From the human T2T-CHM13v2.0 reference genome, Homo sapiens, in the NCBI RefSeq assembly GCF_009914755.1, contig NC_060927.1: a DNA stretch of 64,000 nucleotides, one strand, 5' to 3'. The first letter of the stretch is position 1, and each line of letters opens with the position of its first letter. Under the pieces are notes generated by a model. The model searched no databases, was not told where the DNA came from, and saw nothing but the letters and a program-made list of their open reading frames with translations. The position numbers were made by a program, and so were the translations under genes. Below are positions 28,550 to 47,857 of the stretch, piece by piece.

Positions 28550-29305
28550 TTGTGTCTGTTATTAACTTATTGCCTGTTGTCTCTTAATGTATTATTCAAT
28601 AAACAATGGAATCCCTTTAAATATTTCTCCTTTAAAGTGAGCACAATATTAAGCTTTCTCTATACATGGATTGGAGGGACACTGCAGGAGGAAGAGGTTT
28701 CCTGCAATTTCTGACATGGGCCACGAGTAGGCAGTATAGGTATAGGACTAACCAGTAGAGCCTATCCCAACCATAGCCCATTCTCCCTCTGCAACCCTGC
28801 AGCCTCAGCCTGGTGATCATTTTTCTTCAACCTTCTCAAAACAGAAACCAGAGCCCCTGTGTAGCCTGCACCCTCTGAAGGCCTCCTGCTTGTGCAGTTC
28901 CTGGACTCGCCCCCTCTTCTCCCTTCCCTGTGGCCTTTAAACTCTGAAGGGCACCTGTGGCAGCTGGACTCCCACTATGTGCCCACACCGCAGATGCTGA
29001 TGCCTTGCTCCCTCACCTGCACTTCAGAGGGTTGCTCCCAGCTTGCCTAGCAGCTCCAGAACAGCTTCAGCCTGGACCATCTAGCCAACTTTTCTGCTGT
29101 CTATTGGGCTACCACACTTTTTCCAATGAAATCTGAACCCCTTCCAAGTTTATCCTTCCTTGGTACTGTCACTCAACCCTAAAGTACCATGTAGTTTTCT
29201 TACATCTTATAGTTACTCTTTCATCATAATTGTTCTTCATATTAAACTTCCCCTATTTAGCCCACTGCATCATTTCTATCTCCTAGTTGGATCCAGGCTG
29301 CTATA
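28550..29305 (+). mobile_element. LTR41/LTR52-like ERVL LTR
   Basis: aaatatttctccttt...aagcttt...ggagggacactgcaggaggaagagg, similar to the element at 50785; boundaries approximate. Confidence 0.45.
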
Positions 29306-29444
29306 CTTCATTCTAAGGAGATGTGGGGCTAACGTGCCAACCGTTAGTGTTTAAAATAGACTATTTCTTTGTTTCACATGTCTTGATTCCTGAAGCCATT
29401 TGGGGGATTCTTCTTCTTTTTTAAAGAAATACGGTGCTGCATTA

Positions 29445-29887
29445 TGATTTGTTGAATATGGCCACAAGTACCATGCACCTGCTTCCATCTAGAGATAAAT
29501 GTATTTCACACATTTGGGCTGGCTCTTATGTGCTTTGACCAACAGAATATGGCAGAAGGGATGTTTAGTGACATCCAAGGCTAGCCCCAATCGGGCCTTG
29601 CAGCTCAGCTTTTACTTTCTTGGAATGTTACTCCACTACTGTCATGTAAACGAAAGGCCACCTGAAAAAGATCCAAGGGACTCTAGCCAAGCATCAACAC
29701 GAACTGCCTTATTAATGAAGCCATCTTGGACTGCCCAGCCAAGCCAATAATTCAGCCAAATGCATCCACATGAGTTCAGGGGAACCAACAGAGGAATGAT
29801 CAAGCAAACCTATATAAACCATCGTGGTTTTAAGCAACTAAATTTTGGGATGGATTGTTATGCATCCAATACATATCTGAAATATAC
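29445..29887 (+). mobile_element. MLT1G/H-like LTR
   Basis: gctttgaccaacagaatatggcagaag...ttttaagcaactaaattttgggatggattgttatgca. Confidence 0.6.
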
Positions 29888-30380
29888 ATCTCTCCATCAT
29901 CAAATGATTCTAATTTCTTAATTATTCAATAAATTAATTTGTGGTAAATACATGAGGAAACTTCTTTTGACCACACCCCTCCCACCCTCAGAAAAACATG
30001 TTAAAGTAACACATCTTATCACTATGTATTTCCTCTTGAATCTTGTTCCAATAGGAAATGGGAAATACTATACATAACCACTAGGTATTAAATGTTCAAA
30101 ATGACAAAGTAGATAAATAAACATGGAGAAGGAAATCTAGTGCTTATGATTCACTTTTACTTGTAAAAGTAAAGACTATAAAAGGGCAAGAGAAAAAGAA
30201 TATAGAGACTGAAGATAAATGATTCTGAATTTCCAATTGATAAAAGAAGCAAGGACTTCCACTGACAGAATCAATCATCAGAGAGCTTTCTTTCTTGCGT
30301 TTTGTGATTCTGAGGAGTTCAGAACAAATCAGACTGAAAAATGCATAATGTACAATGGCATTATGTACCTACATTCACCC

Positions 30381-30550
30381 TTTTTTATTATGACTTTTAG
30401 GTTCAGGGGTACATCTGCAGGTTTGTTATATAGGTAAACTGCATGTCATGGGGGTTTGTTGCAGATTATTTTGTCACCCACCAGTAAGCATAATACTCAA
30501 TAGGTATTTTTTCTGATCCTCTCTCTCCTCCAACCTTTCATCCTCAAGTA
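30381..30550 (-). mobile_element. L1PA13-16 3' end fragment
   Basis: ttaggttcaggggtacatctgcaggtttgttatataggtaaactgcatgtcatggggg. Confidence 0.8.
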
Positions 30551-31689
30551 AATTTAGATTTTTTAAATTTTTTATTTTTAACTTTACTTGTAAATATATA
30601 GTAGGTGTATATGTTTATGGGGTTTATGAGATATTTTGACACAGGCATGCAATGAATAATAATCACATCACAGTAAATAGGATATCCATCACTTCAAGCA
30701 TTGTGTTAAAACAATCTAATTATACTCTTTCAGTTATTGTAAAATGTATAATTAAATTTTTTTAACTATAGTCACCCTGTTGTGCTATCAAATATTAGCT
30801 CTTATTCACTAATTCTATTTTTTATACCCATTAATCACCCCAATCCCCCCAACCCCTGCCCACTACCCTTCCTAGCCCCGGTGACCATCCTTCTATGTTC
30901 TTTCTCCATGAGTTCAATTATTTAATTTTTAGCACCACAAATTTTTATTCCCACACAATTTTTAGTCCCATATTTCACTTCTTCGGTTAAGTTAATTCCT
31001 AGGTATTTTACTTTATTTGTAGCTCTCATAAATGATATTACTTTCTTGATTTCTTTTTCACATTGTGCGCTGTTGGTGTATAGAAATGCTACTGCTTTTT
31101 GTATGTTGATTTTGTATCCTGCAGCTTTACTAAATTTGTTGATCAGTTCTAATAGTTTTTTGGTGGAGTCGTCAGGTTTTTCCAAATATAAGATCAGGTT
31201 TTTCCAAATATAAGATCATATCATCTGCAAACAAGGATAACTTGACTTCTTCCTTCCCAATTTGGATGCCTTTTATTTATTTCTCTTATCTGGCTGCTCT
31301 GGCTAGGGCTTCCAGTACTATTTTGAATAACAATGATGAAAGTTAACATCCCTGTCATGTTCTAGATCTTCAAGAAGAGGTTTTCAATTTTTCCCCATTC
31401 AGTATGATATTAGCTGTGGGTCTGTTGTAAATGGCTTTTTTTATGTTGAGGTATGTTCTTTTTGTACCCAGGTTTTTTAGGGCTTTTCATCATGAAGGGA
31501 TGTTGAATTTTATCAAATGTTTTGTCAGCATCAATTGAAATGATCATATAGTTGTTGTCCTCCAGTCTGTTGATACAATGTATCACATTGATTGATTTAC
31601 ATATCCTTGCATCTCTGGGATAAATCCCACTTGATCATGAGGAATAATCATTTTAATGTATTGTTGGATTTGATTTGCTAGAATTTTGT

Positions 31690-31939
<250 letters not shown>

Positions 31940-31962
31940 ATTGGCCTGCAGTTTTCTTTTAA

Positions 31963-31998
<36 letters not shown>

Positions 31999-33133
31999 CT
32001 GGAGGCGTCTTTGTCTGGTTTTTGTATCAGGGTAATACTGGCCTCACGGTGTAAGTTTGGAAGTATACCCTCTTCCTCCATTTTTTGCAATAGTTTGTGT
32101 AGGATTGGTATTAGTTATTCTTTAAACATCTGGTAGCATTCAACAGTGAAGCCATTGGGTCTCAGGTTTTCTTTACTGGGAGACTTTTCATTATGGCTTC
32201 CATCTCACTACTTGTTATTGGTCTGTTTGGGTTTTGAGTTTCTTCATGGTTCCATCTTGGTAGGTTGTATGTGTCTAGTAATTTACTTACTTCTAAATTT
32301 TCCAGTTTATTGGCACATAGTTGTTCGTGGTAGCCACTAATTATTCTTTGAATTTCTGCAGTATCAATTGTAATGTCTCCTTTTTCATCCCTGATTGTAT
32401 TTATTTGGGTCTTCTCCCTTTTTTTTAGTCTGTCTAAAGGTTTGTTAATTTTGTTTAACTTTTCCAAAAAACAACTTTCCATTTTGTTGATCTTTTGTAT
32501 TGTTTTCTTCATTTCCATTGCTTTTATATCTGCTCTTTATTATTACTTTTCTTCTACTAATTTTGGGTTTCATTTGCTTTGGCTTCTCTAGTTCTCTCAG
32601 ATGCATCATTAGGTTATTTATTTGAAGTTTTTCTTCTTTTTGGTTTAGGCATTTATAGCTACAAACTTCTCTCTTGGTACTACTTTCACTGTATCCCATA
32701 GGTTTTGGTATGTTGTGTTTCCATTATTATTTGTTTCAAAAATTTTTTCAATTTACTTATTTATTCATTGACCCACTGGTCATTCAGGAGCATACTGTTT
32801 AATTTCCATGTGTTTGTAGAGTATCCAATATTCCTCTTGTCACTGATTTCTAGTTTTATTCTATTACAGTCAGAGAAGATGTTTGATATTATTTCAACTT
32901 TTTTTTAAATGTTTTAAGACTTGTTTTGTGACCTAACATATGGTTTATCCTTGAGAATAATTCATGTGCTGAGAAGAATGTATATTCTGTAGCCATTGGA
33001 TGAGATATTCTGTAACTATCCATTAGGTCCATTTGGTCTACAGTGCAGATTAAGTCCAATGATCCTTTACTGATTTTCTATCTGGGAGGTCTGTCCAATG
33101 CTATGGGGTATTGAAGTCTCCAGCTATTATTGT

Positions 33134-33497
33134 TGATAATGGTTTGGCTACACCCCACCCAAAATCTCATCTTGAATTGTAATCCCTATAATCCCCACAT
33201 GTCAAGGGAGAGACCAGGTGGAGGTAATTGAATCATGGGGGCGATATCCCCCAAGCTGTTCTCATGATAGTGAATTCTCATGTGATCGGTTTTGTGTTTG
33301 GTAGTTCCTCCTGCATTCATTCTCCTTCCTGCTGCCTTGTAAAGAAGGAGCCTTGCTTCCCCTGTCTTCCACCATGTTTGTAAGTTTCCTGAGGTCTCCC
33401 CAGCCACGCTGAACTGCAAATCAATTAAACCTCTTTCCTTTATAAGTTACCCAGTCTCAGGTAGTTCTTTATAGCAGTTTGAAAACAGACTAATACA
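33134..33497 (+). mobile_element. THE1D-like solo LTR
   Basis: tgataatggtttggct...aatctcatcttgaattgta...gactaataca; TSD attgt/attat. Confidence 0.88.
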
Positions 33498-34325
33498 ATT
33501 ATATTTTTGTCCATCTCTCTTTCTTTCACTCTAATAATATTTCTTTTATATATCTGGGTGCTCCAGTATTGGGTGCATATATATTTACAATTGTTATATC
33601 TTCTTGCTGAAGTGACTCCTTTATCATTATATAATGACTTTCTTTGTCTCTTCTTACAGTTTTTGTCTTGAAATATATTTTTTCTGATATAAGTATAGCT
33701 ACTTCTGCTCTTTTTTGGCTTCCATTGGCATGGAATATCTTTTTCCTTCTCTTTATTTTCAGTCTATGTGTCTTTAGAGGTGAAATGCATTTTTAATAGG
33801 CAACAGATCATTGCGTCTTAGTTTTTTGTCCACTGGGCCACTCTGTCTTTTGATTGGAGAGTTTCATCCATTTACATTCAATGTTATTATTGATAAGTAA
33901 GAACTTATTCCTGCCATTTTGTCATTTATGTTTTCTGGTTGTTTTGGGGTATTCTCTTTCATTCTTCTTTCCTGTCTTCCTGTTAGTGAAGGTGATTTTC
34001 TTTTATGGTATGATTTAATTTATTACTTTTTACTTTTTGTGTATCTGTTGTATGTTTTTTGATTTGAGGTTACCATGAAACTTGCAAATACTATGTTGTA
34101 ACCCATTATTTTAAACTGATGATACTGATTGCATAAACAAACAAGCAAAAAGAAAACATAAAAACTGTATACTTTAATTTTGTCCCCCCACTTTTTAACT
34201 TATTGTTTCTCTTTATATGTTATTGTGCTATGTCTTGAAAAGTTGTTGTAGTTATTTTTATTGATTCACATTTTAGTCTTACTTAAGCTAACAGTAGTTT
34301 ATATACCACAATTACAGTATTATAA

Positions 34326-34647
<322 letters not shown>

Positions 34648-35169
34648 TGTGTATTTACTATTACCAGTGAGTTTTGTATGTTCAGATGGTTTCTTATTCC
34701 TCATTAATGCCCTTTCATTTCTGATTGAAGAACCCCCTTTAGCATTTCTCATAGGACAGGTCAGATGTTGATGAAATCCCTTAGCTTTTGTTTGTCTGGG
34801 AAAGTCTTTATTTCTCCTTCATGTTTGAAGGATATTTTCACCAGATATACTATTCTGGGGTAAATTTTTTTTTTCCTTCAGCACTTTCAATATGTCATGC
34901 CACTCTCTTCTGGCCCGTAAGGCTTCCACTGAAAAGTCTGCTGCCAGATGTATTGAGGTCCATTGCATGTTATTTGTTTCTTTTCTCTTGCTGCTTTTGA
35001 GATCCTTTCTTTATCCCTGATATTTGTGAGTTTGATTATTAAATACCTTGAGGTAGTCTTCTTTAGGTTAAATCCGCCTAGTGTTCTATAACCTCCTATA
35101 TATGCAGAATATAATATATACATTTAAATGAGTACTATCCTTTCAAACTTTAGACTAACAGGAAATAAC

Positions 35170-35400
35170 AATCACTATTATCTAGTGAGTGCTTACCATA
35201 TGCCAGCCAGGCACTGTTCCCAGCATGTGACATGTATCACCTCATTTAATCTCACAATAATCCTAGGACATGGGCACTATTATTATCATCCCCAGGTTGC
35301 AGATGAGGAAACTGAGGCACAGAAAAATTCAATCATTTAAAACTCTCAATAGCCGATCTAGAATTTAAACCCAGGCCATCTGATTCTAGAGTTTGTGCTC
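35170..35400 (-). mobile_element. MIR
   Basis: ctcatttaatctcacaataatcct...cagatgaggaaactgaggcacaga. Confidence 0.8.
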
Positions 35401-35465
35401 TTGATAATGCCCTGTCTCTGTCAATACCATGGTCTTTTTCCAATTATGCTTATTTTTGAAAATCC

Positions 35466-35871
35466 CTGCCCAAATCTCATATTGAATTGTTATTCCCAGT
35501 GTTGAAGGTGGGGCCTAGTGGAAAATGACTGGATCATGGGGGTGGATTTCTCATGAATGGTTTAGTACCATCCCTTTAGTGCTGTTGTTCTGACAGTGAG
35601 TGTGTTCTCATGAGTTCTGGTTGTTTTTAAAGTGTGTGGCACTTCCTCACTTCCCCTCTCCTGCTCCTGCTCTGGCCATGTGATATGCCTGCTCCCCCTT
35701 CACCTTCCACCATGAATGTAAGTTTCCTGGGGCCTCCCCAGAAGCCAAGAAGATACCAGCGTCATGCTTCCTGTGCAGCCTGCAGAACCATGAACCAGTT
35801 AAACCTCTTTTCTTTATAAATTATCCAGTCTCAGGTATTTCTTTATAGCAATCCAAGAACGATCTAACACA
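35466..35871 (+). mobile_element. MSTB LTR
   Basis: cccaaatctcatattgaattg...cagcctgcagaaccatgaaccagttaaacctcttttctttataaatta. Confidence 0.85.
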
Positions 35872-36239
35872 TCTCTTTTTTGAAATTTCCCTCAGGGCCA
35901 CTTTATTGGTCACTGAAGAATACATATTTCTGTAATATATAATCTTTACACATTTTATTTTGTTAAAATGTTTAACATCCTACTTGATCTCATTTACTCA
36001 CTGTTGTAGTAACTATGTAATATATAAAGATAAAATAAGCAAAGAGAAAACAAAATAAAATAGACCCTACCATCAAGGTACTTACTATCTCAAATGAAAA
36101 GCATTTTCTTCAGGCTTTATTAGGGTAAAAATCAGAAAAGTTCAAAGATATACTAGAACTCAATAAAAATATACACTAATTTTTATCATATTAATATTAA
36201 AAAATGACTTGTTTTCACTTCAATTATTCAAAGTATTTC

Positions 36240-37110
36240 TTAAGATTCTGCTAGTCAACTCCTCTAGGTCCTGGGGAAACAGTGGTGAACAAAGGAGACG
36301 CAAGTCCTATGCTTATGGAGCTTGTGTGTAGTGGAGAGACACACTATAAGCCAATTCAAGTACAACATAAGGTCAGGTAGAGGCAAGACTATGAAAAAAT
36401 AAAGCAGTCTGAAGGGAGGTTGCTATTTGGGGCAAGTGATCAGGGAAATCCTCTCTACATAAGTGGCATTTAAGCAAAGAGCAGAATGAAGTAAAGAAGT
36501 AAACTCTGCAGCTATCTCTGAAGGAAGAGTATTCCAAGGAGGAGTATTTTGGAGATCTGAAGGAACAGCAAGAAGGGAAAGGACAGGGAATTAAAAATTT
36601 GTTACAACAAAAAGAAATAATTTTCTTTCTAATATGTTATTTCCACTAATGTTTATAATCATGCAAGTACTTGATCATTCATGTAGCAAATATTACTTGT
36701 GAGTTTTAAAGTACCAGACTTAGGACTGCTGGGGATTGTGATGAACAAAATCATAATTGCTTATCACAAAATCAACAAAAAGTTCAATTGTGTGAAGGAA
36801 AAGTACATAGAGTGTGTAGATCAGAGGAAATAGACCTTGTCTAAGGGGGTTCAGCTGAAGGCAGGTAAGAATTAACCAGATGACAAATAGAAAAGAGTAT
36901 TCCAGGCAAAGGGAGCTGCATGTGCAAAGGCCCTGTGGTCAGAGGGAGCCCAGATGAAACAGCTAGGAATTGTTAAAGTTTGGTTTGTGGTAAAGCTGAA
37001 GAACTTGGCAGAGGCCAGAGAATGCAAGGTTGTCTGCTTGTGGCCATACTGAGGGCTTGGTCTTTGCATGAGCAGCTGGAAGTCACTTAAGTGTTTTAAG
37101 CCACTTAAAA
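36240..37110 (-). mobile_element. L2 relics (two pieces)
   Basis: gagtattccaggcaaagggagctgcatgtgcaaaggccctgtgg; cttatggagcttgtgtgtagtggagagac. Confidence 0.6.
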
Positions 37111-38059
37111 TTCTCAAAATTTTGAGTGTATTATAGCTTTCTTAAGAATTCTATCAACTTTATGTATCAAAAAAATAATTTTTTTAAAAATTTAAGAAGT
37201 GCAGTTAATAGGCATGCTTCACTTTGTCTCTACTTAATCAGTTTTACCTACAGGTTTATTTTGATCCATCCAATTTAAAGTTCATGAGCTTCTCTTCTAA
37301 TTATCTAGTGTCATAATATGAATGGGATTATACTAAGCCATAGACTAATAATTCCCATTCCAGGAATAGTTGAAGTTTTCCATTTTTATTGGAAAACTTT
37401 TATTGTATTTTATACATCATACTAGCTTCATAAATCCCATATATGTTCTGTGAAGAACTAGCTGAAAATGCTTCCCAGAGCCTCAAACTCTATACTCTTC
37501 CCAAAAAATGAAGTTGAAGATGGTGTCTAATTTTCTTCTCTGGAATTGGAGGAAGACATAGAGATAAAAAATGGAAACAAGTACCATATTTGGATATTTT
37601 TTTCCCTTGAGAAGGATAACAAATACCTGCCTAATAATAAATCACATCAGATGAATGAAAAGAACCTTTACTGACCTTCTGTTCTAGTACAATCGGTCCA
37701 GCAATGTGCCCACAAACCCTTTATCTAGCAGCTGAATACAGAATAAATGCTCTGAGGCACTTCCTACAAGAGTTGACAAAGAGACCTTTCTTCCATTCAG
37801 TAAGTTAATATCTGAGGAAGCAAAAGCAAATGGAAAGGGCAAAATGACATGGGGACATCAAACTCTGGGGACCCTGCAGGGAAGGGAAAGGGGTGCCTAG
37901 GCATCTCTATGGCATCCAAATGTCCACATCCCAGGTCCACATTTATAGGCTCAGACAAGCTTAGAAAAATTAATGAAAATAAGAATTATAGAATTACAAA
38001 AAAATTCTAGAATGTCGGGACCCTAGCCAGACTCCTACTCACATTTCCAGTACAAGTCT

Positions 38060-38652
38060 ATGGCATCATACCTCAAGCAATGGCCCTCCAGCTCTCTGCC
38101 TGGAATGCCCCAGCCCACGCCCTGGCATGCCATAAGCACCTGGGCATAAGCTCCCCAGAGCAGCCCTCAGTCAGATGCTGAGGGCTCCCCCTTGTGATTG
38201 GAAAAAAAATACTCCAACCTCTCATCCGGTGCGCAGGGCAACTCAAAGACATCCTGTACACCAAGCTAGTCCAACCCCCGGCCCACGGACCGCATGTAGC
38301 CCAACATAAACTCAAAAATCTTTTTTAAAACATTATGAGATTTTGGTTTTTTTCAATTTTTAAAAGCCCATCAGCTATCTTTAGTGTCAGTGTATTTTGT
38401 GTGTGGTCCAAGACAATTTTTCCTCTTCCAATGTAGCCCAGAGAAGCCAAAAGATTGGACACCCCTGCTTTACACTATATCCCAGATAATACTCTATGAA
38501 CCTAATTATTAATGTTCACTGTACTGGCTGCTTTCCCTCCCAATCTCACTTCACCACTCTCCTAATAGTGTTTCCTGGGACCTCCTCCTAAATAAACAAT
38601 TTCACTCAAATTCTTGTCCCAGATTCTGCTTTTGGAGAATCCCAAATTAAGA
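38060..38652 (+). mobile_element. LTR16-type ERVL LTR split by MER30
   Basis: 3' end aataaacaatttcactcaaattcttgtcccagattctgcttttggagaatcccaaattaaga. Confidence 0.5.
38262..38467 (-). mobile_element. MER30 (hAT-Charlie MITE)
   Basis: Ends caagctagtccaacc / gattggacacccctg; 8-bp TSD ctgtacac/ctttacac. Confidence 0.88.
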
Positions 38653-39074
38653 AAGAAACACAATATGATGTAGGACTGAGTTCTTTTAACTCCATACTCA
38701 GTTAAGGACATCAAAAACTAGCAAGAAAGACGGTTTGTGAGCCCAAATTCATAGTAAAACCTATCAGACAAGAGGCATTTCTAATAACTCGGAGAGATGA
38801 GAGAAGGGAGTAGAAAGAAATTTTTAAAGCAATTTAAAAGAATAAGAAGTTGACAGAAAGATAAATGGTAGTAAGATATACTTTACATGCTATTAAAACA
38901 ATCATAGTACACATACATGAAATAATAGCTTATCTATATGAGTAGGTTCAGCTTACAAACCCTTCAGTTAATTTAAAAATTAAATGAAAATGTGAAGCCG
39001 TGTTTGCGCTAATACGGCAAAAAAGTTGGCATGTTTTGGATTTCTTCCTACGTATTCTATGGATTCTGTCTCTT

Positions 39075-39080
<6 letters not shown>

Positions 39081-39115
<35 letters not shown>
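39081..39115 (+). repeat. (AC)17 microsatellite
   Basis: Read directly. Confidence 0.97.
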
Positions 39116-39118
<3 letters not shown>

Positions 39119-41023
39119 GATACTATCATATGAGCAATTCTAAACTTAATTCAAAGTCTCAGGAATAAAAATATGCTTTCACCAAGTATGACCAGCAGAA
39201 ATTTAAGTTTGTGTTTTAATTGTTCTGCAATTTGACAATCAAATCTGTTCAGAGATATATGATTACTTGACACTTTTATGATCAAATTTTATTGTTTATT
39301 TTATAAAAACAGTACACAGTGAAACAAAAGAAAATTATTCTTCTCTCAGAAAGTAACGAGTAGGTCAGCCTTACTGTTAAGAGGATAAGTAGACATCATA
39401 TAAGCTTGCAGCTTACAAGGTACATGTTAGCCTGCCACAGTTTCTTTGCATCTTCTCATGAAACCACTTTCAAGAATAAAGATGTAAAACATATCCAGTA
39501 AGATAAATGAAAAGTCACCCTCTTAAAACATTATTCTGAACACTTCTGCATGAAAGGACTTTGTAAAATTAGGCTGCTATTTTTAGACAATTTCTACTCT
39601 TCCTCAAGAAGAGTCGTGTTTAATTCTATCCCCAGGACTCAATTGTACAACTATAGGCTAGATTTAAAAAAAAATAAAAGTGTCTTGATTGCTTGACCTG
39701 TTGAATCAGATTTCAGAATATTTCCCTGAAATCTGCTTTTCTACTCTTTACCATAACTGTTTGCTAATTTCAGCAGATTCAGACAAATGACATGTGATCA
39801 GCAAAAGAAGATTCTTACTTCATAATAATTAATGGCTTGCAAAGGAACCCCCAAAGTATGCCAAAGAATTTAAGTGTCTCGATTTATCAAAATATAAACA
39901 CTCATTTATCTAAGAAGCAATTTACTTTGTAAACATATGTCTAAGTATACATATCATTATTTATTCATTCACACAATAAAGTTTATTCAGTGCCTATTAT
40001 TTGCCAGATACTAGGATAGGTATTAGTGTACAAAAATCCTTGCCCTGCACTTGAATGTTTATAGGTAGAAAAGAGAAAAAGAGTCATACATACAAGAGGG
40101 TACAATAAAATGTTCCAAGTATCATGTTGGGTAGCATATCTATTACTTCATTCTCAGATTCATTAAACAACTATTGCACACCTACTATATGCCAAGGATC
40201 ATTGCAATTTACAATTGATATAAGTAATCCCCATGAGGGGCATGATACCTTAGAAGAAAGATTATTTTTGTGGTGGTTGTTTTAAGCATACATAATGATC
40301 CACAATTCTAGTAATGTGTATTACCTAGATAATTGAAAAAACTTATAAAATAAGCTTTCTTTCCTGAAATTCTCTTTCCTTTGCAAGTCAATAATATAAA
40401 TGAAAGCCTAAATCAGTTAAGTATGATGTTTGAGAGCCATAAAAGAATTGTCCTTACCAAGAATACAGGATTGTTCCAACCACAGAGGTGAGTTTACTGT
40501 TTTCTTGTTTTTGCTTTGCCAGGCCAAAGTCAGCTACAATTCACAAAACAACGCAATATGTTACTATATTTTCCCAGAGTTATCATTGTTCCTTAGCATT
40601 TGACAATCTACACAATAACTACTACACTTCATAACCAAAGGCTTTTCTTTTCTTAATGCTATATATTTTGATATAATGAGGTTTATCATTTTAAAAAAAC
40701 ATAAAATAAGTCTTGCTGACTGAAACATAGGACAAAGTACTTATTGAAACTGTGATTCCATTTTTTAGGTTATCCTTTATAATTTTTAAGTAAACAGAAT
40801 GAATCTAACATTTGGCATAGGGCAGTCATGACCTTGTCAGGCTAAAAGAAAAGTAAGGTACACCCAAATAAATACCATGAAGGCCTGAAAACCTAAAATT
40901 AACTGGCATCAACGTGTACTAATCACAGTACAAGTATGTTCAAAATAATCTCAAAATATTTATATATCAACAACATATTCTGATTTTTATCACAGAACAC
41001 CAAATATCTATATGTAATATTAG

Positions 41024-41375
<352 letters not shown>

Positions 41376-41903
41376 TGTCTTTTATAAACCACTCAACAAC
41401 TTAGGTCAAAATGATAAAAACAGATATTTTTCCTATCCATTTGCTACAGATTCACAGATATTTCAAGAAATTTAATTACCAGGATTGCACAAAAAAGACA
41501 ATGCAGAACCAGTGCAAGAATTCAAGTTGTTTTTCCAAATAAGCTTTGATATTCTCAATATCATGTTGTAAAGCACAGCAAATGCTCATGGAATTTCACT
41601 GGAACAAACTTCAATGCAGTATTTGATTATATATACTAAAATACCTTTCAGGTCAAAAATATTCCAAAGTCATTTCATTTCAAAATAATAAAAATTCGCA
41701 TTATTAATAATAATACACGTTTACTAAACAACAAGTTTATACTAGCATAAATTCAGCCACTTACATGAATTGCCTCATTTAACACTCATAGCACTCTGAA
41801 AGACAGGTATTATCATTAGTATAGCTTAGTGCTTAAAAGACAGGACTCAGGAACTGGACAGCCTCAATCTGAATACTGACTCTATTATGAGCAACTTGAG
41901 TAA

Positions 41904-42257
<354 letters not shown>

Positions 42258-42861
42258 TCCAATAGCTTTCTTATCTATAAAATAAGGATTATAATAATAT
42301 ACTGCTGATATATATTGTAAACAGAATAGTATGAAAGTAAAATTTAAATAATTTAATATATGCAAATGTCATGTATGTATTATATATATTTTTTATTATA
42401 CTTTAAATTTTAGGGTACATGTGCACAACGTGCAAGTTTGTTACATATGTATACATGTGCCATGTTGGTGTGCTGCACCCAGTAACTCGTCATTTAACAT
42501 TAGGTATATCTCCAAATGCTATCCCTCCCCCCTCCCCCTACCCCACAACAGGCCCTGGTGTGTGATGTTCCCCTTCCTGAGTCCATGTGTTCTCATTGTT
42601 CAATTCCCACCTATGAGTGAGAACATGCGGTGTTTGGTTTTTTGTTCTTGCGATAGTTTGCTGAGAATGATGGTTTCCAGCTTCATCCATGTCCTCCAAA
42701 GACATGAATTCATCATTTTTTATGGCTGCATAGTATTCCATGGTGTATATGTGCCACATTTCCTTAATCCAGTCTATCATTGTTGGACATTTGGGTTGGT
42801 TCCAAGTCTTTGCTATTGTGAATAGTGCCGCAATAAACTTACGTGTTCATGTGTCTTTATA

Positions 42862-47103
<4,242 letters not shown>

Positions 47104-47674
47104 CTTTGTGGTTTTGTCTACCTTTGGTCTTTGATGATGGTGACGTACAGATGGGGTTTTGGTGTGGATGTCCTGTTTGTTAGTTTTCCTTCTAACAGTC
47201 AGGACCCTCAGCTGCAGGTCTGTTGGAGTTTGCTGGAGGTCTACTCCAGACCCTGTTTGCCTGGGTATCAGCAGCGGAGGCTGCAGAACAGCGGATATTG
47301 GTGAACAGCAAATGTTGCTGCCTGATTATTCCTCTGGAAGTTTTGTCTCAGAGGAGTACACGGCCATGTGAGGTGTCAGTCTGCCCCTACTAGGGGGTGC
47401 CTCCCAGTTAGTCTAATCGGGGGTCAGGGACCCACTTGAGGAGACAGTCTGTCCGTTCTCAGATCTCCAGCTGCGTGCTGAGAGAACCACTACTCTCTTC
47501 AAAGCTGTCAGACAGGGACATTTAAGTCTGCAGAGTTTTCTGCTGCCTTTTGTTTGGCAATGCTCTGCCCCCAGAGGTGGAGTCTACAGAGGCAGGCAGG
47601 CCTCCTTGAGCTGCGGTGGGCTCCACCCAGTTTGAGCTTCCCGGCTGCTTTGTTTACCTACTCAAGCCTCGGCA

Positions 47675-47857
47675 ATGGCAGGCACCCCTCCCCCAGCCTC
47701 GCTGCCGCCTTGCAGTTTGAACTCAGACTGCTGTGCTAGCAATGAGCGAGGCTCCGTGGGTATAGGACCCTCCGAGCCAGGCACGGGATATAATCTCCTG
47801 GTGTGGCATTTGCTAAGACCGTTGGAAAAGCGCAGTATTAGGGTGGGAGTGACCTGA
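47675..47857 (+). CDS. ORF0: L1 antisense ORF0, 60 of about 71 codons open; expression unknown
   Basis: MAGTPPPASLPPCSLNSDCCASNERGSVG...IRVGVT matches primate L1 ORF0; Kozak gcaATGg; TGA where consensus has Arg61. Confidence 0.6.
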   Translation: MAGTPPPASLPPCSLNSDCCASNERGSVGIGPSEPGTGYNLLVWHLLRPLEKRSIRVGVT

